Positions 61,001-64,000 of a stretch of 64,000 nucleotides of DNA are shown in pieces (position 1 is the first letter of the stretch; the number at the start of each line of letters is the position of its first letter). This DNA is from Limisphaerales bacterium. GTDB lineage: Bacteria > Verrucomicrobiota > Verrucomicrobiia > Limisphaerales > SIBE01. The notes below the pieces were generated by a model. The model was not told the DNA's origin and made no database searches. It saw only the letters and a list, made by a program, of their open reading frames with translations. The translations under genes and the position numbers were made by a program. Location of the stretch: NCBI GenBank assembly GCA_044225505.1, contig JBGAIN010000027.1, positions 687 to 64,686 on the forward strand, written 5' to 3'.

Positions 61001-64000
61001 ACCGACATCATGGCTCATGGCGAAGTGCTGGGCGCCTCCGTTTTCACCGCCTCGGGAGCCGCGTTTCAGGTCGCGCTCGGACTCGAGTTTGTTCCCGGGG
61101 AAGCGATGCTCGCGCTGAAGTACTTCGAAGCGAATTTACGGGGGGCAAAAAAGATTGGCGCGGGCAGCTTTCTCATGGGATTCGAAGGAGCGCCAGATGG
61201 CAATGAGTTGGTTTTCCAGGATGAATTGCCAGGCGGGCTCACGGTTTATTCTGGCGAGGAGGATCTGGTCTTAGCGAGCGCTTACGACTTCGGAAAGGTC
61301 CTGACCGACGGCCCGGGAGGCAATTCGACAAACCGCACCTTTTACCTGGTTAATAACGGAGACCAAAGCGCGACGATTCTTGCGACACACCTCTCTACCT
61401 CCGTGAGCAACAGCTTCACTGTCCCGACCTTGCCGTCGGGCACCATAATTCCTGCGCACGAGTCTCTTCCCTTGGTGATCGAGTTTGACCCGACCCAAAC
61501 GGGCCCCGCAGTTGCGACCCTGGAACTCCTTCTTGACGGTGTCCCAGACAGCGTCGAAATCGACGTCGCCGGCTTTGGCCTGAGCCCGGGTCCGGATCTT
61601 CGGATCGAACTTGAGAACAATAATGTCGGCGGCGCGATCGTGGGTGTCAGTCCGAAACAGATTCGGCATTTTGGCACATTGACCAACATCGGCTCCAGCG
61701 AGCTGGTTATGTCTGGGATTGCCTCTGGCCTGGGAGGCAATGTCAGCAGTTTTTCCTTAACTGGCCTCCCCCCCAACTTCGGTGCCGCCAATCCGATCCG
61801 GCTCAAGCCCGGGGAGTCCTTCACCTTTGACATTTCCTTTGCTCCAACGCGCCTGGGACTGCAACGCGAAGAACTCCATTTCCTTTCGAACGATGCCGAC
61901 GCGCCCATTTTTACTCTGCACGTGGTCGGAACGGGTTTACCCACGGTCGGTTCATCGCTCGATTATGGCCATGACTTTGTGGCGATGGAATCCCCAGACT
62001 TCCCGAACAGCCCGGTGCTAAGGGCCCAGTCCGATGCCGAGGGTCATTTCACTGTCTTCCTTCCTCCCGATCAGCGCTACCACCAAGCGACCTTTGATCC
62101 TGTGAGCGGTCTGATCGCCCATAACCTCGGCATCACTGCGACCAGTGGGAAGAATACACAATTGGGAGTTCCGGTCTTCTTGCCCAGCCTCGCTCCCGAC
62201 TCGGACGACGACGGTCTGCCGGACGACATTGAGTTTGCTCTCGGCACCAATCCAAACAAGGCCGATACGGACGGCGATGGCGTCGATGATTTTATTGCCG
62301 TGTTGCAAGGGGTGGATCCGCTCGGCGGCAAAGCTGCGGTCACGGGCGTGATTGCCCAGGTAACGATCGAGCAAGCCATCGATGTGGCTGTGCTACCCAA
62401 TCCGCGTGGAGATGCCCTGCTGGCCTACGTGATCGATAACGCGCGAGGGCTTGTCATTGTCGATGTGACCCGGGCTTCCCAGCCAGTCGTCCTTGGAAGG
62501 TTGGCACTGCGGGGACGGAGCGCGTTCGTCGCTGTCGATCCGGTCTGGCAGATCGCCACCGTCAGCGGTGATTCGTTCGTTCACTTGATTGACATCTCAG
62601 ATCCGGGTTCCCCCAGGCTGATTCAAAGCTCCCCGTTCAATGCCCCTTCCCAAACGGCGGCGGTGGATGGGTACGCCTATTTCGAGGCGAACTACGGGAC
62701 TCTCCATGCGCTGAACACGCGCTCCGGGATCATCGACCAACACATCGATCTGCCTGGCAATTATGTCAAAGCCATCGTGCGTGAAGGCGCTTTCCTTTAC
62801 ATTCTCGACCCCAATGATCTGCTCCGGATCGTCCAGATCGATGGCGCTCAAATGCGCTTGCGGGGCTCGTTACCAATCACCGGAGGCGCGGGAAGATTGG
62901 TTGTCGTCGATGGGATTGCCTACGTTCCCTTGAGCGGCAGGTTTGATTCCCAAACCGGGGTGACGGTGGCCGGCGGATACGCCACCTTTGACGTTTCAAA
63001 TCCGGATAACCCAATCTTAATCGCGAACTCGAGTGTCCCGGTGGGGATCGGCGCACCCGGTACCGCGGTGGCTCTGAGCGGCTCGGGCTTTGGACTCTTG
63101 CTCGGCCGAGCTCCGGTCGTTGGCAATTCCGCGGACTTGCTGAATGTGTCCGATCCAAAGAACACCTACTCGTTTATCACGCGCTTTAACTTGCCGGAAA
63201 CGCCGGTGGCCGCGGTGATCTCGTCGGGAACGGCCTATATTGCCGACGGCACAGCGGGATTGATCATACTCAATTACCAAGCGTTTGATACGGCTGGCCA
63301 ACTCCCCACACCGACGCTGTCCGGTGTCTTCGCCCCATCGGACCCGACCAAGTCCATCACCGACATCATCGAAGGCAGCCGATTTCGAGTCCAAGCCGCG
63401 GTAACGGATGACGCGCAGGTCAGCACCATTGAACTACTGGTCAACGGTCAGTCGGTAAAAAGCAGCCGCGCTGTGCCTTTCGATCTGGAAGGTTTTGCGC
63501 CCAACATCACCGGCACGACGAATACTTTTCTTGTCCAGGTCCGCGCCACCGATACAGGCGGCAATGTGGGGCTTTCAAAACCGATCCTCATTCACCTGCT
63601 GCGCGATACCACCGCTCCGGTCTTGCTACGGTCTGATCCGACAGAAGGCGATGAGGAACTCCGAGGGTTGGCCTCGATCCGCCTCGTTTTTTCCGAACCC
63701 CTGGCCAGCGCCAGTCTGCAGGCGGCGAATTTTGAAGTCGTCCACGAGAGCGGCCTGGTGACTCACCCAACAGCATTCGTTTGGCGGGATTTCAATCGGG
63801 AATTGGAATTGACCGTCGCGCCGCTGGACTCGCCCGGGAACTATCGATGCGTCATTCATGCCGCAAACGTCACCGACGGAGCGGGCAATCCGCTCGGGCG
63901 GACGGATATCGCTCGAGCCTTCCGGGTCTTGCCCTATTCCATCCGCTGGGATCGAAAGGAAAAAGCCAATTGGTTCACGGCCACCAACTGGTTCCCACAA
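58004..64000 (+). CDS. Secreted multidomain metzincin-type zinc metalloprotease megaprotein (partial, at least 1,999 codons; runs off the window end)
   Basis: Not in the ORF track because it has no stop. Frame 2 is the only plus frame without listed short ORFs after 58004. ATG 58004 gives the signal peptide MNVASRTHQVIAVISIALALSATAQQ. HELGHTLGMVH at 60884-60916. Also present: SbsA-type Ig, CarboxypepD_reg-like, two choice-of-anchor-D/ASH-like Ig domains (~61270-61930), TSP3-like DSDDDGLPDD..DTDGDGVDD (~62195-62300), LVIVD-type propeller repeats (~62340-63290), and further Ig domains. Confidence 0.8.
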   Translation, partial: MNVASRTHQVIAVISIALALSATAQQSAIPSLSVSLSGNGGIRLGWPTAANGFSLEEAGTLGNASIWTPLVGSPLPENGQFTVTLVPGNAPRFYRLRQTLTPSTFQIAAHTPLDGATEVGVTVRPQVFFSEPVDATTLSADNFFAEAAGVDLGASIVPANDGSFAWLFFKQSMPGDTRVRVSIDGAGIRSRTGESLDPDGDGVPGGVGEFEFTTVSTQGMPGTSLSGIVVDPGPDLIPRSDDDLQAGPDGRLGTTDDNFLLPIQGVKVHLLGLESRVVTTQADGKFHFDTVPVGDVKVVIDGTTATLAPTGIYFPEMVIDAQMVRGKENWSMTNGSEVYLPRISKNILQTVSAGSTNQINATPDGASGLSAFQRSQLSIRLPPNSLIGADGRPLSGGQVGISTVPAEIVRDMLPPGVLQHTFDITVQAPGIAAFSTPASMSFPNMFNAAPGTQLNFLSFDHTTGRLVIEGTATVSADGSSVQTDPGTGITHPGWHGLTPPGGPNDPSDNPDPECQSELLAADEPADDSGVSLQRFNPSSPGGLRPETEGISDYFFNAGDGESFTLRFRNPAPAPAKASKAICGPDSTGPKPLVFKISIQGNDRAVRFLEGLDKSIVRPFLLRPGQEKKLKVTLTPLLKGIRKIEVDRLYGAKLTIQGWESGSPNNLLLNKTIYVGRYLDAMDANHVDGTLTMAPTAVGHDGIPGVVRERNFEVLGVPLRLRLPANAGDAPFVILGHQVDFAPSGRGPTSRIEAEVVSPANEVIGRLNLEGNATLQEYYVDGARIRDVLAKAAAGQIPGVTDAQKAFLKPNGALDRIVSNVLASADSLLQTYASGVARATVEPTLGVKITAYSTDQASSPDQVDGDTLGRSDGIDICSLDAVNCTREVAKPLSELLALVPKMSRAEAAFRLSKSLNTRPNGSFELYIDHFLTAKRRSGPQTGVPYLLSEDALVLHLATTIVHELGHTLGMVHTYNSYVARTTKTCGCSLNAQGKPIPDYRTDIMAHGEVLGASVFTASGAAFQVALGLEFVPGEAMLALKYFEANLRGAKKIGAGSFLMGFEGAPDGNELVFQDELPGGLTVYSGEEDLVLASAYDFGKVLTDGPGGNSTNRTFYLVNNGDQSATILATHLSTSVSNSFTVPTLPSGTIIPAHESLPLVIEFDPTQTGPAVATLELLLDGVPDSVEIDVAGFGLSPGPDLRIELENNNVGGAIVGVSPKQIRHFGTLTNIGSSELVMSGIASGLGGNVSSFSLTGLPPNFGAANPIRLKPGESFTFDISFAPTRLGLQREELHFLSNDADAPIFTLHVVGTGLPTVGSSLDYGHDFVAMESPDFPNSPVLRAQSDAEGHFTVFLPPDQRYHQATFDPVSGLIAHNLGITATSGKNTQLGVPVFLPSLAPDSDDDGLPDDIEFALGTNPNKADTDGDGVDDFIAVLQGVDPLGGKAAVTGVIAQVTIEQAIDVAVLPNPRGDALLAYVIDNARGLVIVDVTRASQPVVLGRLALRGRSAFVAVDPVWQIATVSGDSFVHLIDISDPGSPRLIQSSPFNAPSQTAAVDGYAYFEANYGTLHALNTRSGIIDQHIDLPGNYVKAIVREGAFLYILDPNDLLRIVQIDGAQMRLRGSLPITGGAGRLVVVDGIAYVPLSGRFDSQTGVTVAGGYATFDVSNPDNPILIANSSVPVGIGAPGTAVALSGSGFGLLLGRAPVVGNSADLLNVSDPKNTYSFITRFNLPETPVAAVISSGTAYIADGTAGLIILNYQAFDTAGQLPTPTLSGVFAPSDPTKSITDIIEGSRFRVQAAVTDDAQVSTIELLVNGQSVKSSRAVPFDLEGFAPNITGTTNTFLVQVRATDTGGNVGLSKPILIHLLRDTTAPVLLRSDPTEGDEELRGLASIRLVFSEPLASASLQAANFEVVHESGLVTHPTAFVWRDFNRELELTVAPLDSPGNYRCVIHAANVTDGAGNPLGRTDIARAFRVLPYSIRWDRKEKANWFTATNWFPQ
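60884..60916 (+). other. Metzincin zinc-binding motif HExxHxxGxxH
   Basis: CAC GAG CTC GGC CAC ACC TTA GGG ATG GTC CAT translates to HELGHTLGMVH. A possible Met-turn lies downstream (RTDIMAHG). The closest resemblance is to reprolysin/M12B-like HELGHNLGM.H. Confidence 0.75.

Noticed and set aside
1-64000. tRNA, rRNA, tmRNA or other structured RNA genes in the intergenic regions (10.5-10.9 kb, 11.7-12.8 kb, 45.4-45.9 kb, 51.3-51.5 kb, 54.0-54.2 kb, 57.4-58.0 kb).
   Set aside because: By eye I found no cloverleaf-compatible segments (for example GGTTCGAATCC-type T-arms) and no conserved rRNA blocks. A covariance-model scan (tRNAscan-SE/Infernal) would be needed to exclude small ncRNAs.

Overview
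GC-rich bacterial chromosomal window (GC not computed). The gene content points to the PVC superphylum (Verrucomicrobiota/Planctomycetota-like). The pointers are H-X9-DG prepilin-type proteins, a PEP-CTERM-like tail, a PadR+ADOP permease pair, ECF sigma/FecR cassettes, and a giant protein that starts with an LEALESRLLLSA-type motif.

Layout:
(i) 1-5.8 kb: a minus-strand carotenoid-type operon (two CrtI-family desaturases flanking an aldehyde dehydrogenase, plus an SDR remnant), a fasciclin gene, and a divergent CarH/LitR-type B12 photoreceptor regulator coupled to a DUF2892 membrane protein.
(ii) 5.9-15.3 kb: secreted hydrolases and propellers (DUF4832-like, ceramidase-like, two WPQxRGP PQQ-type propellers, an astacin, a GH5). 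These are interrupted by a decayed RAYT/IS200-like transposase with REP-like repeats.
(iii) 15.4-45.4 kb: the dominant feature, one giant minus-strand surface-protein gene. As sequenced it is a 1,436-aa ORF plus an 8,444-aa ORF. It becomes about 9,795 codons if a single -1 frame break near 41,381 is repaired. It ends in a dockerin and is followed immediately by a small cohesin-like protein with a PEP-CTERM-like anchor.
(iv) 45.9-51.3 kb: a same-strand upstream operon of ECF sigma, FecR/PA14 anti-sigma, two H-X9-DG pseudopilins and an FG-GAP/ASPIC protein.
(v) 51.5-57.4 kb: a sigma factor fused to a membrane/periplasmic domain, a free paralogue of that domain, and a PadR-ADOP pair.
(vi) 58,004 to the window end: an open plus-strand frame of at least 1,999 codons encoding a secreted metzincin megaprotein. 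It is absent from the ORF track because it has no stop in the window.

No rRNA, tRNA or CRISPR array was recognised. All domain calls are by-eye motif recognition and need HMM or structure confirmation.
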